A stretch of DNA of 64,000 nucleotides from Syntrophales bacterium (lineage in GTDB: Bacteria > Desulfobacterota > Syntrophia > Syntrophales > UBA2210), in NCBI GenBank assembly GCA_963662405.2, contig CAXXKT010000001.1, forward strand, positions 128,001 to 192,000. Direction: 5' to 3'. The position numbers and the translations under genes are program-made. The notes beneath the pieces are model-generated. The model ran no database searches. It was not told the origin of the DNA and saw only the letters and a list, made by a program, of their open reading frames with translations. Position 1 is the first letter of the stretch, and the number at the start of each line of letters is the position of its first letter. Shown here one piece after another: positions 8,501 to 19,001 of the stretch.

Positions 8501-9478
8501 GCCATCAATTGTTTTGTCGTCTTTCCTTTCATCCGGAATTCTCGATTCTAAATAGGCGAGATGATATTTTTGAAACTCCTTAGAAGTTAGATGGGCTTGC
8601 TTGTGTAAGTTGAGTGCTTCTTCACGTTTCCCAACAAGACTTGCCAAGTAGGCTCTTTGGTAATAGTATTCAGATTGTTCATGCTGACTTGCTTCTTCTA
8701 ATTGATCTGCTAATTTATCAAGCCTGTCTTGAGCTAGTATTGCGTTATTTAAAGATAGAATCTCGGAGACTTTTTTTAATTCATACGCAAAACTACCTTC
8801 TGGCGCATCTAACCAAGGTGTCTCAGTTTTGTTAAGGATTGTATCGAGAGCTACTTTATTGGTCCCAAAAATGCTTCCAATCTGATTAATCTTATTTATA
8901 GGATCAGAATATTTTTTCTCTACTATATCGTATATTCCTTCCAGAACCCTCTTTTTTTCTAAACGGTTGTTTAAGTATGGCAAAACGTTTAGACTTGAGT
9001 TTAAGACATTTTCGACAGGAATGTGAAATGTGTGTGTATCCTCGCCTAAATGATCGAGAGTTGGCTTTCCTGCTCGAAGCTGGTCAATTTTTTCATCCAT
9101 CCACAAATAGTAAGCTGTACACTTCCTAGGTTCTTCATCTTGGGTAAGATCCGCAAACACCAACATAACTGGGTTTTCGATTCTTATATAATAATTTAAA
9201 TTTCGAATGTCTAAAGGTTGAGAGAAATGTTTACCATCAGCACTGAGCCATTTATTTCTGCCATCCTTTATCTGTGCTGAACCCTTTATTTGAGCATTAA
9301 ACACGTTCTTATAATGCCCTTGTTCAACGATTTGCACTTGCATGTCTAAACCAGCATCAGCATCACCATCAGTCTGAGTTGGTCTCCATGACTTGGGATG
9401 ACAGCTGTTAAACGTCATAACTGCAAAATGCCCTATTTCTTGTGAAACAGATTCTTTTGGTAACTTAGTCTCTTTCAT
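5510..9478 (-). CDS. 1322-aa DUF4365-like PD-(D/E)xK nuclease + TPR-like repeats + probable C-terminal PIN domain; defence candidate
   Basis: DAGLDMQV...AQIKGS at N-terminus; long helical middle; LIDDVAL...FYTDD at C-terminus; AT-rich. Confidence 0.7.
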   Translation of the reverse strand: MKETKLPKESVSQEIGHFAVMTFNSCHPKSWRPTQTDGDADAGLDMQVQIVEQGHYKNVFNAQIKGSAQIKDGRNKWLSADGKHFSQPLDIRNLNYYIRIENPVMLVFADLTQDEEPRKCTAYYLWMDEKIDQLRAGKPTLDHLGEDTHTFHIPVENVLNSSLNVLPYLNNRLEKKRVLEGIYDIVEKKYSDPINKINQIGSIFGTNKVALDTILNKTETPWLDAPEGSFAYELKKVSEILSLNNAILAQDRLDKLADQLEEASQHEQSEYYYQRAYLASLVGKREEALNLHKQAHLTSKEFQKYHLAYLESRIPDERKDDKTIDGILSEIEKKNDLDYLRLKSKLLALNERYEEAFKILENQDEQDIFVLKALIHLLSGSYNDCINQVNKAFSEQDLTDRQELSLRSLKARSYFNLGFRKTPDDKAISFAGTPDMNPEILKNAWIELISAMNLADKLGYPPDVQSMIDIFSILGMYFNEPEIVKKHLVKLADIRPSIQIVQESLFQVAMHTSDRTIAERQLCKLPNTLNNKANKIILTYWKNDKAEVVKLAIEILDDLIKEKPANYDTVIAIAAECANDLMKYTERDKFLEALQTVPNSRSLIAVYDFILHANQEALKKPEAIEKLYDVYKEGHKHNQLLAQLFNNLNPYENAAAQKIIEISIDIISERDLLDSEYTILCQAKVTVQDWHGVLATSRKAQIRFSTNSQFKAFEALALDGIGETGKSLTLLEEISQGEKHDPFALEIYINISARCGLIEKAKTLVTRLLEKATYQKQKVHFLRMLFNIEMYINPKSERLIDICLKYGQLCDQNDEAEEGLYLLNFFVATLDPEKTVQDENVQEFQKRLKKYTERFPESKVLRSFHVKEKSHEDLLSQLETITGFTKEKREWYQRNENLLSSGTLPVPYLIRHHFLLNVSNFIHLWELSKITGKDDLQYQLTISPGPYVPRRIENLRGRMPLIDDVALLILFDLALLEYIFDIFPKIAIAKDSIANLQMLAQQFVFIPYATKAKDIVELLSRYVEQIQQPSSKDIIDENNIFSELDKIKSVYDSLKPIFYTDDAISRLYVCGKNHYEDTISTIDIITILKEKKVITQKEAAEKFAQLCAFNVVGMPINYKDILIVLEDDLSEAGGSIENYLEILNNHQAFNSFINAIWWFKGDYKNALTEIGQFLSYMISKEDGILVEQNIITAIWYVWFKKIQFVQKAERDKLNFLARSFLSISLELLKRIRRDHEDIKYWAQAWSIYKDVVEFAYGIDMDRDIENRSKSLLAEMIAEYEIESKKRIFNHLASGLTSGTAESDLFQKAYTDTIILKSKNNAV

Positions 9479-10018
9479 AGAAACACCAGTTTTTGTAATG
9501 CGGGGTTTGTGTATTATTGTAGGGTCATCTTTACCGCTTAATTAGAACCTCCTAAGCTATGATGATACATTAAGAAAGATATGATAGGGTTATCGGTGAA
9601 GTAACTCCATAGAGGATGTTTGTCAAGTATTATTAATAATATTGTATATTTCAATCTGTAATCTTTGAATTCCTAATGATAGGTTCTTGAGTATTTGTGA
9701 ATGCAATAACAAAAAACACTCATCTCCATATGAGCGTCACAAGCTATTCAAAGTCCATCCTCGGCGCTTTATATTGATTTGGTGACAGGTAATATGTTAT
9801 GTGCGGACGCGCCAATGGGGAAGTGTAAATCGGTCAGACTATCTTAACAAGCTGCGAGATAGTTTCTAACCTGTATCAACCAGCGACCCCAATATATTGT
9901 ACCCATGTTTGCAGCACCCGCAAAAATCCGATATCATCGATTCTCTTGTGTAAAACAGCTGCTTACCAAAAACATAATTAGGCAATAACGTGATAATAAG
10001 TCACAATTAAGAAAACGT

Positions 10019-10954
10019 ATGTACCATCCCTTTCGTTGGCTACTCGGGCTCAGAAGAAAGGAGCCCAAACTCAAAACTATTCGCGAACTGGCAAAAACGT
10101 TGGATGCCGGTCGACTGATTGGGGATAGTGACGATATCCCCCATTTTGACGTACGGGACCTGTACACCGAAAACGCCCCATCAAAGCTGTTCGGTTATTA
10201 CAGTGCTAACGGTGTACGCTATGCCCTTGAAACCTTGGGTATTTTTAAACTTCTCGAAACTCAAGGATTTAGGGATTTCAAGGTCGAGGTCACCGGTTAC
10301 GACGCCTGGACGCAGTTGCTGCGCCTCTGGGGCCATAATGGAGGACGGTCCCTGTTGCTGACCGAGGGTCGTTTCAGGCGTAGCAGTTGGATTGTGCCCT
10401 CTGAAACACCGTTGCTGAAATCAGAATGTGGTAACCATCCCTTTGACGTTGCCTTCATCGACTGGATGACCTTGCAGAATCCGCTGGCTGAGTTCACGGC
10501 GGAACGACCGCGTTTGCCGGGGCAACAATATCCCGGTCTGGGAATTGTTCATGAGGTTATGGAAGTCTTCTATGCCGTGGCCCGCCGGTTGCATCTGGAC
10601 GCCCTGCTCGCCGTTTCTGACCGTTTTCACAACTCTGTCATTTACAGCCCTTCTTTTTTCTTTGTTGACCCTCGGCGACAGGCCGAACTGGTGGCTATCG
10701 AGCGGGCTGGCGCAGGGCATTCCCTTCAGGATATGGCCTTGGCGCTGGAGGCGGGCCTGTTGTACCGGGACCGGTCTGAGCCTTACGTCTGGCATGGGGA
10801 CTTGATGATAAATCCGCTGGAGGTCGAGATTCAGGAAGCTCACCGACGCAGCGGCTATGTGGAGAAGGTCGAGGAAATGTCCCGGGGATTTGATTTTGAG
10901 TTTGACTGGCCGGTTTTCGAAGACCGCCGCACAGCTATCAGGGAAAGTAAATAA
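10019..10954 (+). CDS. Conserved hypothetical protein; resembles the C-terminal domain of some bacterial histone-deacetylase-family proteins
   Basis: W.TLQNP...F..ERPRLPGQQYPGLG motif, recognised from memory only. Confidence 0.55.
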   Translation: MYHPFRWLLGLRRKEPKLKTIRELAKTLDAGRLIGDSDDIPHFDVRDLYTENAPSKLFGYYSANGVRYALETLGIFKLLETQGFRDFKVEVTGYDAWTQLLRLWGHNGGRSLLLTEGRFRRSSWIVPSETPLLKSECGNHPFDVAFIDWMTLQNPLAEFTAERPRLPGQQYPGLGIVHEVMEVFYAVARRLHLDALLAVSDRFHNSVIYSPSFFFVDPRRQAELVAIERAGAGHSLQDMALALEAGLLYRDRSEPYVWHGDLMINPLEVEIQEAHRRSGYVEKVEEMSRGFDFEFDWPVFEDRRTAIRESK

Positions 10955-11296
10955 TGGGGTCAACCCTAGACTATTTACTAAGAAAGGATCTGATTCTCTT
11001 TAGGATAATGGCGACAGCGACTATTTTTAGCCAATACCGTGACTTGTTTTAAATAAGAATTATTCCCCCCGGAATGTAAGAAACAATACATCTAAAAAAT
11101 ATTATGTCAAGGAGTTTCAAGGATATTGTATATTTCAATCCGTAACAAACACTACTCACGCTCTACAAACAACCAAACAGCATTTCACATTTTGCGGCCA
11201 AGCTCTCATTGACATACGAGTCCATTTTACCTATATCGTTTCCATGAAAAGCAAGTTCTTATCAATCAATAAATAATACATAAGGATGGGAGTGGC

Positions 11297-11917
11297 ATGA
11301 AATTTAAATTTATACTAGTTCAGGTAATGTTTCTTGCTCTGTTTTCCCCCTATGCACAGAGCGCATTAGCTGCATGTCCTCCCGTTGATCCTGTCCAAGC
11401 ATCCTTCACTGGTGCAAATACACAGTCAGGGCGGATTTATCGGGACGGTAATCCCAGCACTTGCCCAGGCAAGGCATACCCAGGGATATATAATGTAGGC
11501 ACCAGTTATTATTATGAAACCTTCACCTATAATAACACAAGTAGCTCGGCAGCTTGTGTGACGGTCAATTTTGACCCAAATGCTGGAGCTACACCGAGTG
11601 GAAATAATGCACATATGAGTGCATACATTGGTTCCTACGACCCAAACAACCAGGCAGCCAACTTTGTAGGAGATGTGGGGTCAAGCATAACTCAATCATT
11701 TTCTTTCCAAGTCCCGGCTTTGTCCAGCCTAGTTTTGGTCGTTACCAATACCTCTTCGCTGCAAATGTCTGATTTTGCCTTTCAAGTCGTGGACCTTCCT
11801 TGTACTGACGAAACGCCTATCCCAACCCTCAATGAATGGGGAATCATCATTTTTGTGATGCTGATAGCCGGAACGGCGATTGTGTTCATGAGAAGAAGAA
11901 AAGACATGGCTGTATAG
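11297..11917 (+). CDS. Secreted protein with IPTL-CTERM sorting signal
   Basis: Signal peptide; C-terminal IPTLNEWG + TM helix + RRRK. Confidence 0.9.
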   Translation: MKFKFILVQVMFLALFSPYAQSALAACPPVDPVQASFTGANTQSGRIYRDGNPSTCPGKAYPGIYNVGTSYYYETFTYNNTSSSAACVTVNFDPNAGATPSGNNAHMSAYIGSYDPNNQAANFVGDVGSSITQSFSFQVPALSSLVLVVTNTSSLQMSDFAFQVVDLPCTDETPIPTLNEWGIIIFVMLIAGTAIVFMRRRKDMAV

Positions 11918-12354
11918 AACGATCAACGGGGCAAATCAAATATTTCGAGACGAAATATCCAATAAATCAATCAAGCTTGTTTCCATCGAGTACAGAAAGG
12001 CACGCGCGTTTCCCTTAAGAGGAAAAAGACACGGTTCATTTCTGCACCTTTCATCCCGTATTCAATGAGTTGATGAGGAAATCCGACATGCACCTTTGCA
12101 GGTGGAATATGCAAAATTGGCCATTGGATAAGCAAAAACCCGTCGCGCCTTCTCTCATGGGATCCCATCATATATTGTTCTTTAACCTTAGATGGATGCG
12201 CGGCCAGTGTGAAGGGAACCGAGAAGATGTCTGGAGAATACCTCTCCGGGCTGAGGGAATGGACAGATTTTCAAGCGCAATACTGCAGTATCATTTCCAC
12301 CGAAATCGGTCCTGGACCGTAACGTAAGAACCGAAAGAGTGCCCTCTCATACCC

Positions 12355-12585
12355 CTACTCTCCTCCTGAGTACTGGTACCCCGGATACACTTTTTCGAAA
12401 CAGGTCGGGCAGATACTGTGGCTGAAATCCGCATGGGTCCGATCCCGGACATAGGTCTCCACCTGCTGCCAATACCCCTCATCATTACGTACCTTTTTCC
12501 AATTGCAGCAGATAGGGATCAGGCCACTGAGTGTCTTGATCTCTCCCAGCGCTTCCTCAAGGCGTTCCTTTCCCTCACCGAGACG
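12355..12585 (-). pseudogene. Orphan C-terminal fragment of a response-regulator/PAS protein with a Cys/His motif
   Basis: Reads IKTLSGLIPICCNWKKVRNDEGYWQQVETYVRDRTHADFSHSICPTCFEKVYP*; in-frame stop upstream, no start codon. Confidence 0.7.
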
Positions 12586-12633
12586 CTACCGATTTGGGAA
12601 AATATGTGGTACTGGAAGGGAGGAGGGTTTGCC

Positions 12634-13284
12634 ATGAGAAATACCAATCCCGCAAGAGAAAGGGGAACAGTCGGCACGAATCTCCCGCAGCGGAGCATCA
12701 TTGGGATCGGTTCCAGCCCGCGCAAGAGGGGAAACTCGGACATCTTGCTGGAACACATCCTGACCGGCGCGGCGCGGCGCGGCGTCAAAGGCGAGGCCAT
12801 CCGTCTGCGTGATTACGCGTTCGAGCCCTGTATCGGGTGCGAGAAGTGCCGGAAAGACGGTATCTGTACCGGTCTCGACGACGGGATGCAGGTCCTCTAT
12901 CCGAAGGTACTGGGATCGCAGGGGCTTGTCCTCGTTTCCCCCACCCACAACTACAACGTCACCGCCTGGATGAAGGCCTTCATCGACCGGCTGTACTGCT
13001 TTTACATCTTCGATAACAACCGTCCGCGGGGGTGGTCGAGTCGCCTGGCGGGACAGGGTCGGAAGGCGGTCATCGCCACGATCTGTGAGCAGGAGACACA
13101 GAAGGACATGGGCTTTACCCTCGAGGCGATGCGTCTCCCCCTCGAGGCCCTGGGATATGATATCATCGGGGAGCTGGGGGTACTGAAGCTGTTCGACAGG
13201 GGATCGATCAAAAATGAACTGAAGACCCTGGCCGAGGCGTCACGGCTGGGGGCACAACTTGCGGAAGCCCTCAGGCAACCCTGA
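12634..13284 (+). CDS. Flavodoxin-family iron-sulfur flavoprotein / NADPH-dependent FMN reductase
   Basis: SSPRKRGNS, CIGCEKC...C, SPTHNYNV..MKAFIDR; GGAGG RBS before 12634. Confidence 0.9.
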   Translation: MRNTNPARERGTVGTNLPQRSIIGIGSSPRKRGNSDILLEHILTGAARRGVKGEAIRLRDYAFEPCIGCEKCRKDGICTGLDDGMQVLYPKVLGSQGLVLVSPTHNYNVTAWMKAFIDRLYCFYIFDNNRPRGWSSRLAGQGRKAVIATICEQETQKDMGFTLEAMRLPLEALGYDIIGELGVLKLFDRGSIKNELKTLAEASRLGAQLAEALRQP

Positions 13285-14299
13285 GAACCTTCCCTCCCCT
13301 GATCTTTCCCTCTTTCAATTCACACAGCGCCCGGTTGGCCTCTTCCAAAGGAAATTCCTGGACATGGGGCGCGATGGAGATCTCGGCGGCCAGCGCCAGG
13401 AATTCACTGATATCGTTTCGGGCCACGTTGGCGACGCTCTTGATCTCCTTTTCGAGCCACAGGTGGGTCGGATAGTCGATTTTCAGAAGGTAATCCTTGT
13501 CGGCATCTTCTTTCCGGATGGCGTTGACAACGAGCCGCCCGCCGGGCCCCAGATTTTTCAGGGCCTCCACGATCGGCCTCCAGGCCGGGGTGGTATCGAT
13601 AATACTGTGGAGCCGTTCGGGGGCCTGCTCTTCGGTTCCCCCTGCCCAGACCGCCCCCAGCTCACGGGCAAAGGCCTGTTCCCGCTCACTCCGGGCGAAT
13701 ACGAATACCGATGAGTTCGGATAGAGGTGGCGCGCCATGGTGAGGACCAGGTGGGCGGAGGCCCCGAAACCGGTCAGCCCCAGGTTTTGTCCATCCTCGA
13801 TAGCGACCAGACGGAGCGACCGATACCCGATGGCCCCGGCGCACATGAGGGGGGCCGCCTCAGCATCGGTAAAGCAATCGGGAATCGGATAGGCAGACGC
13901 CTCCGGGACGGTCAGGTACTCGGCGTATCCACCGTTGGCGTCCCTCCCCGTCGCGCGGAACTGTTCGCAGACATTCTCGTTCCCGGAAAGGCAGGAGGCA
14001 CATCTTCCACAGGCGGAATGAATCCAGCCGACACCGACGCGGTCACCCCTGTGAAACCGTACTGCGCCCTTCCCCGCCCCGGCGACCCTTCCCACGACCT
14101 CGTGCCCCGGGACAACGGGGAAATATGGCGGGGGCGTTCGCCCCTCGATCTCATCGAGTTCCGTGTGACAGACGCCGCAGGTGGAGACCCGGATCAGGAT
14201 TTCCCCCTCTCCCGGGACGGGATCGGGGAGATCGACCATCTGCAGGGGGTCCTTCGTATCGCGAAAGCTGGATAGCCTGTTCAGCACCATCGCCTGCAT
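13271..14299 (-). CDS. Zinc-dependent alcohol dehydrogenase
   Basis: CGVCHT, GHE..G, CGRCASC...C, GFGASA. Confidence 0.93.
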   Translation of the reverse strand: MQAMVLNRLSSFRDTKDPLQMVDLPDPVPGEGEILIRVSTCGVCHTELDEIEGRTPPPYFPVVPGHEVVGRVAGAGKGAVRFHRGDRVGVGWIHSACGRCASCLSGNENVCEQFRATGRDANGGYAEYLTVPEASAYPIPDCFTDAEAAPLMCAGAIGYRSLRLVAIEDGQNLGLTGFGASAHLVLTMARHLYPNSSVFVFARSEREQAFARELGAVWAGGTEEQAPERLHSIIDTTPAWRPIVEALKNLGPGGRLVVNAIRKEDADKDYLLKIDYPTHLWLEKEIKSVANVARNDISEFLALAAEISIAPHVQEFPLEEANRALCELKEGKIRGGKVLRVA

Positions 14300-14345
14300 T
14301 GTGCGTTTCCCTCCCCTGTTCGCATCACGAAAGTCCGGCAAGGAC

Positions 14346-16166
14346 TTATTTGTTCACGCGCCGTCCGCTCTGCGCCATGTCCATCTTGCGCAGGCGGATC
14401 GTCTTCGGCGTCACCTCGATCAGTTCGTCCTCCGCGATAAACTCGATCGACTGGTCAAGCGACAGGCGACGCGGTGGGCGCAGCGTCACCGTGGCATCCG
14501 ATGTGGCGCTCCGCATGTTCGTCAGGTGCTTTTCCTTGGTAATGTTGACGTTCAGGTCCCCGGGGCGGTTTCGCTCACCGAGGATCATCCCGCAGTAGAC
14601 CTCGGTCCCGATCTCGACGAAGAGTTCGCCGCGGTCCTCCATGGCGAGACTCGCGTAGGGAGTAACCCTCCCCGGTCGGTCGGCGACCAGCGCCCCGTTG
14701 CCCCGCTGGGGGATCGGGCCGAACCACGGTTCGTACCCCTCGAAGATCGTATTCATGACGCCGGCCCCCTTGGTATCCGTCAGGAAGTGGTTCCGGAAGC
14801 CAATCAGCCCGCGCGACGGAATGACGAATTCGAGCTTTGTGCGGCCGCTCCCCTTGTTGATCAGGTTCGTCATGCGCCCCTTCCGCCGGGAGAGCACCTC
14901 CGTTATAGTGCCTATGTACTCTTCCGGGATATCGATCAGAAGAAGTTCGGTCGGCTCAAGAACCTGTCCTTTCTCCTCCCGGGTGATTACCTGCGGCTTG
15001 GATACCATGAACTCGTACCCTTCGCGGCGCATCGTCTCGATCAGGACCGCCATCTGCAACTCGCCGCGGCCGCAGACCTCGAACATATCCTTGCGCTCGA
15101 GGTGTCGGATTTTCAGGGCAACGTTGCGCAGGGTCTCCTTTTCCAGCCGCTCCTTCAAATGGCGGGAGGTCAGATATTTGCCGTCATTCCCGGCGGTGGG
15201 ACTGTTGTTGACGTAGAAGACCATCGAGACGGTCGGCTCGTCGATATAGATACGGGGGAGTGGGACGGGATCTTCCAGGGACGAGATCGTATCACCGATG
15301 GTGAGCCGGTCGACACCGGCGACGGCAATAATGTCCCCCGCCTCTACCCGGTCGACCTGCACTTTTCTGAGACCGTCGAAGGTGTAGAGGGCGGAGAATT
15401 TCACCCCCGGGGTGACCTTTTCCTCCCCGCAGAGGGAGTAGCTTTTCTGCATCTCCAGAATTCCGTTCGCCAGGCGTCCGATGGCTACCTGGCCGACGTA
15501 GGGATCATAATCAAGGTTGGTGACCAGGAACTGCGGAGCCGCCCCGTCGTCCGCCACAGGGGCGGGGACATGGGAGAGAATCGTATCGAAGAGGAGACGC
15601 AGATCGGCGGAGTCATCTCCCTGCTTGATATGGGCGACCCCCGTCTTGGCATTGGTGTAGAGGACCGGAAACTCGATCTGCTCCTCAGTGGCATCGAGGT
15701 CGATAAAAAGATCGTACACCTCGTTGATCACCTCTTCGATTCGCGAGTCGCTCCGGTCAATTTTGTTGATGACGACGATCATCGGCAGGCGTTTGGCAAG
15801 GGCCTTCTTGACGACAAAACGGGTCTGCGGCAGGGGGCCTTCGCTGGCGTCGACGAGAAGAATCGCTCCGTCAACGAGGTTGAGCCCCCGCTCCACCTCG
15901 CCGCCGAAATCGGCGTGACCGGGGGTATCGATAATGTTGATCTTGACGTCACCGTACCAGATGGCGGTGTTCTTCGACAGGATCGTGATGCCCCGTTCCC
16001 GCTCGAGGTCCATCGAATCCATGACGCGTTCCGCCACCTCCTGGTGCTCCCTGAAGATGCCGCTCTGTCTGAGCATCCCGTCGACAAGGGTCGTCTTCCC
16101 GTGATCGACGTGGGCAATAATTGCGATATTTCTAATGTTCTGTTTCTGCATATGGGTTGTTTCCAT
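14346..16166 (-). CDS. typA: Translational GTPase TypA/BipA
   Basis: [36 protein letters not shown]-terminal [12 protein letters not shown]. Confidence 0.98.
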   Translation of the reverse strand: METTHMQKQNIRNIAIIAHVDHGKTTLVDGMLRQSGIFREHQEVAERVMDSMDLERERGITILSKNTAIWYGDVKINIIDTPGHADFGGEVERGLNLVDGAILLVDASEGPLPQTRFVVKKALAKRLPMIVVINKIDRSDSRIEEVINEVYDLFIDLDATEEQIEFPVLYTNAKTGVAHIKQGDDSADLRLLFDTILSHVPAPVADDGAAPQFLVTNLDYDPYVGQVAIGRLANGILEMQKSYSLCGEEKVTPGVKFSALYTFDGLRKVQVDRVEAGDIIAVAGVDRLTIGDTISSLEDPVPLPRIYIDEPTVSMVFYVNNSPTAGNDGKYLTSRHLKERLEKETLRNVALKIRHLERKDMFEVCGRGELQMAVLIETMRREGYEFMVSKPQVITREEKGQVLEPTELLLIDIPEEYIGTITEVLSRRKGRMTNLINKGSGRTKLEFVIPSRGLIGFRNHFLTDTKGAGVMNTIFEGYEPWFGPIPQRGNGALVADRPGRVTPYASLAMEDRGELFVEIGTEVYCGMILGERNRPGDLNVNITKEKHLTNMRSATSDATVTLRPPRRLSLDQSIEFIAEDELIEVTPKTIRLRKMDMAQSGRRVNK

Positions 16167-16328
16167 CTCCGTTTAAAAAAGAAAAAGCCCGGCTTGAAGA
16201 AACCGGGTCCTAAGTTCTGCGATTCTAACAGAAAGGAGAGGGGAGAGCAACTCGTTTTCACTCGAGACACGTCATTAATCAGGCGAATAAATACTTCTAT
16301 TTTGTACTCTTATAGTTATGCCCTCTGT

Positions 16329-16610
16329 ATGGAAAAGACAGATACACGGAAACTCAGCAAAGACGTCCCGCATGCCCTACGCAGGCAGATAGTTCGGCTT
16401 CGTAAGCACGGGAGATCCAATCAAGAAGGTGCCCGGATTGTTGGTACCTCGGAGCACCATACCAGCACGATTTGGCAGAAGCATGCGAGGGAAGCCACCA
16501 AGTCGCTCAAGCTTGGACAAGGAGGTCATCGTCACGGTGGTAACCGCAAGCCGGCAAATGAGCAAGGGCAAAATGATCCCACCGTGCATGATCCTCCGCA
16601 GTTCTCGTTT
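16329..16610 (+). pseudogene. Degenerate IS630-family transposase N-terminal remnant
   Basis: MEKTDTRKLS...LRRQIVRLRKHG.SNQE.ARIVG.SEHH.STIWQK HTH region; no DDE domain follows. Confidence 0.65.
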
Positions 16611-16781
16611 CCGTACATTCCTGTCCGAAAGAGATCGCATTCGCAAAAGGAACTGTTTTGACGGACTTCTTTCGGATTTTACCTGCACGCAAGAAACTGC
16701 AAATGGGGTATAAACCGATCTATCCCCGACATGCGAAGTTCTCGTTTCGAAGATGAAGGGGGGGGGGAGTAATCGAAGAGA

Positions 16782-17165
16782 CTATTTCTGCGATTTAGAT
16801 TCGGCAGGAGATTTCTTGACATCGCGAACGGCGGTTTTACCCATAAACGGCAAGAGGAGATTCTGGCTCGTTTCCTCCAGGAAGGCCTCCGTCTTCTGCT
16901 CCAGCAGGTCGAATTGTCTGAGGAGGGCGACTGCTTCAGCCGTCAGATACATGCCCTTTCCCTGGGTTCGTTCCACGAGTTTCGTCCCCATCCGTTCCTC
17001 AGAGGCCTTCACCCGCCCCCAGGCCGCTCGATAAGACATCTTCAATTTCTTTGCCGCCGCATTGAGGGAGTGTGATTCGTCTATCGCCTTGAACAGTTCG
17101 TACCGGCCCGATCCGAAAATCACCCTGCCACCCTTTTCAAACCAGATTTTATGTCTGATATCCAT
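16782..17165 (-). CDS. modE: ModE-family regulator (wHTH domain only)
   Basis: FGSGRYELF.AI....SLNAAAKKLKMSYRAAW; next to mod operon. Confidence 0.85.
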   Translation of the reverse strand: MDIRHKIWFEKGGRVIFGSGRYELFKAIDESHSLNAAAKKLKMSYRAAWGRVKASEERMGTKLVERTQGKGMYLTAEAVALLRQFDLLEQKTEAFLEETSQNLLLPFMGKTAVRDVKKSPAESKSQK

Positions 17166-17366
17166 AGCATGCTCCAAATCGTTCTCAAAGATATTTCATT
17201 GAGAACCAACCCTTTCAATACAAAGCAGTATAGGGAAAACCGCCACACGAGTCAATGGAATAATAACTTCATGCAATAATGGCATCAGAGTGATAGCTTA
17301 AGTGCATGGCATACCATCCTATCATGGATCGCCGCACTGCGGTGAAACCGTATCCGTGTGGTACCA

Positions 17367-19001
17367 CTATCGACCGAAGGGACAGAGGGGAAAGGTGCAC
17401 GTCGGACATTCGAGGCAGAAGGCGCCGCTGCCCATCCGCGCAAGGTCATCCCGTGATATGGTCAGACCAGCCAGGAGGCGCGGAACAAGGAGATCAAAAC
17501 TGGTCGTCTTGAAATAGAGGGCGGCGGCAGGGACACCGATCACCTGCACCTCTCCGATACGGGCAATGAGCGTCATCGCCCCCGGCAGTATGGGCGCGCC
17601 GTAGAGTATATCCGTCGCACCGGCATCTTCCAGCCCTGCGCGGGTGACATCGTCCGGGTCCACAGAGAGCCCTCCGGTCGTGACGAGGAGATCGATACCT
17701 TCCCCGATCAGCTCCCCGATCGTGTCGGCGATGCTCTTCCGGTCATCGGGGGCCACGCGCGTGTGGAAGGTTTCGGCACCCAGGCCCTCCAGCTTCCGCC
17801 GTATCAGGGGGGCAAACCCGTCCTCCACCAGTCCCTCGTACACCTCCGTTCCGGTCACCAGGATACCGACGCGGGGTCTTCTGAGGGGAAAGACGGAAAA
17901 CAGAGGATCGTCACCAAGCACCGTCAGGGCCTTGTCGAGGTTTTCCCGGGAGAGATAGAGAGGGATTGCCCGTGTCCCGCCGATCTTGTCGCCCCGGGAT
18001 ACCGGGAAACCGCTCTGCCTGCTCGCGCACATGACATCGGGGACACGGTTGAAACGCGTCAGGCGCTCTTCATCGAATACAAGGAGCCCGTCACGCTCCG
18101 CTGTAAAGGTTACCTTTCCCTCGCTCGGGGCATCCGTGAAGGCAACCCCGTCACCCGCCATTGTTCGACCCATTGCCATTGCCGCGTCGTTTTCATGGAC
18201 CCATTCGTCTCCGGGTCCGTCAGATCCTTCCACATAGACCCTCTTCTTCCCCATCGTCAGGAGGAGATCGATATCGTCCCGTTCCAGCACCTGTCTGCTC
18301 TTGAATGCGGGTCCCTTTTCACTGGCAGGGATGACACGGGTCATATCGTGGAGCAGGGAGCGCCCGACGGCATCTTCCACCGCTATGACCTCCAATGACG
18401 GTCTTTTTGCGGTGCTGGCGGGGGAGGAGACGGTAACATCCGTGTACAGCTTCCGATCACCGCATGCCCGGCAGACCTCGCCGTCTTTTGACGGATAGGC
18501 CTCACCGCACAGGGGACAGACCGCGATACCGCCCTTCGACCGTCTTTCCAGAAACTGCGGCTGGACGCGGACATTCTGGAGGCTGTACAGACCGGTTCCG
18601 GCATCCCGGATCTGCCGATACAGTTCCGTCGAGTCCTGTTCCTTTTTCGGCTTCAGCTTGAAAAACCACTCCTTGATTCCCGGCCACGCGTCAAGCTTGG
18701 AGGTATCGAGATAGACCCGTATCCCCTCCCCTTCGTATTTTTCGTAAAGCGTGAGCGCGTATCGTCCCACATTGACGATCCGAAGCCATCCGTTCCCGAC
18801 CGTACAGGGGGTCAGGAGCTGAACCGCGTCGGGGAGACAGCTCTCCGTCTCGCAGAGGGCGTCGAACAGATCACCTGCGGGGGTGTTTCTGAGGGCCATA
18901 TCAACCATCACCCCGCCGATAATCATACCGGGGGCGACGTGACCATGAAACGACTTGACCAGATGGATATACTCATCAAAGGAATAGGGACCGATATTCA
19001 T
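17367..19001 (-). CDS. FmdE-domain + MoeA-like molybdopterin-binding protein
   Basis: FHGHVAPG, CLPDAVQLLTPCTVGN, CPLCGE zinc finger, TGGLSVDPDDVT, CxxCxxCxFPxC tail. Confidence 0.88.
   Translation of the reverse strand: MNIGPYSFDEYIHLVKSFHGHVAPGMIIGGVMVDMALRNTPAGDLFDALCETESCLPDAVQLLTPCTVGNGWLRIVNVGRYALTLYEKYEGEGIRVYLDTSKLDAWPGIKEWFFKLKPKKEQDSTELYRQIRDAGTGLYSLQNVRVQPQFLERRSKGGIAVCPLCGEAYPSKDGEVCRACGDRKLYTDVTVSSPASTAKRPSLEVIAVEDAVGRSLLHDMTRVIPASEKGPAFKSRQVLERDDIDLLLTMGKKRVYVEGSDGPGDEWVHENDAAMAMGRTMAGDGVAFTDAPSEGKVTFTAERDGLLVFDEERLTRFNRVPDVMCASRQSGFPVSRGDKIGGTRAIPLYLSRENLDKALTVLGDDPLFSVFPLRRPRVGILVTGTEVYEGLVEDGFAPLIRRKLEGLGAETFHTRVAPDDRKSIADTIGELIGEGIDLLVTTGGLSVDPDDVTRAGLEDAGATDILYGAPILPGAMTLIARIGEVQVIGVPAAALYFKTTSFDLLVPRLLAGLTISRDDLARMGSGAFCLECPTCTFPLCPFGR

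Noticed and set aside
9960..9990. AAAACATAATTAGGC as another attI
   Set aside because: Lacks the G of GTT, does not match the 33-bp motif, and no attC follows the gene.
14181..16661. 826-aa plus-strand ORF
   Set aside because: Antisense shadow of typA that runs into the IS630 remnant.
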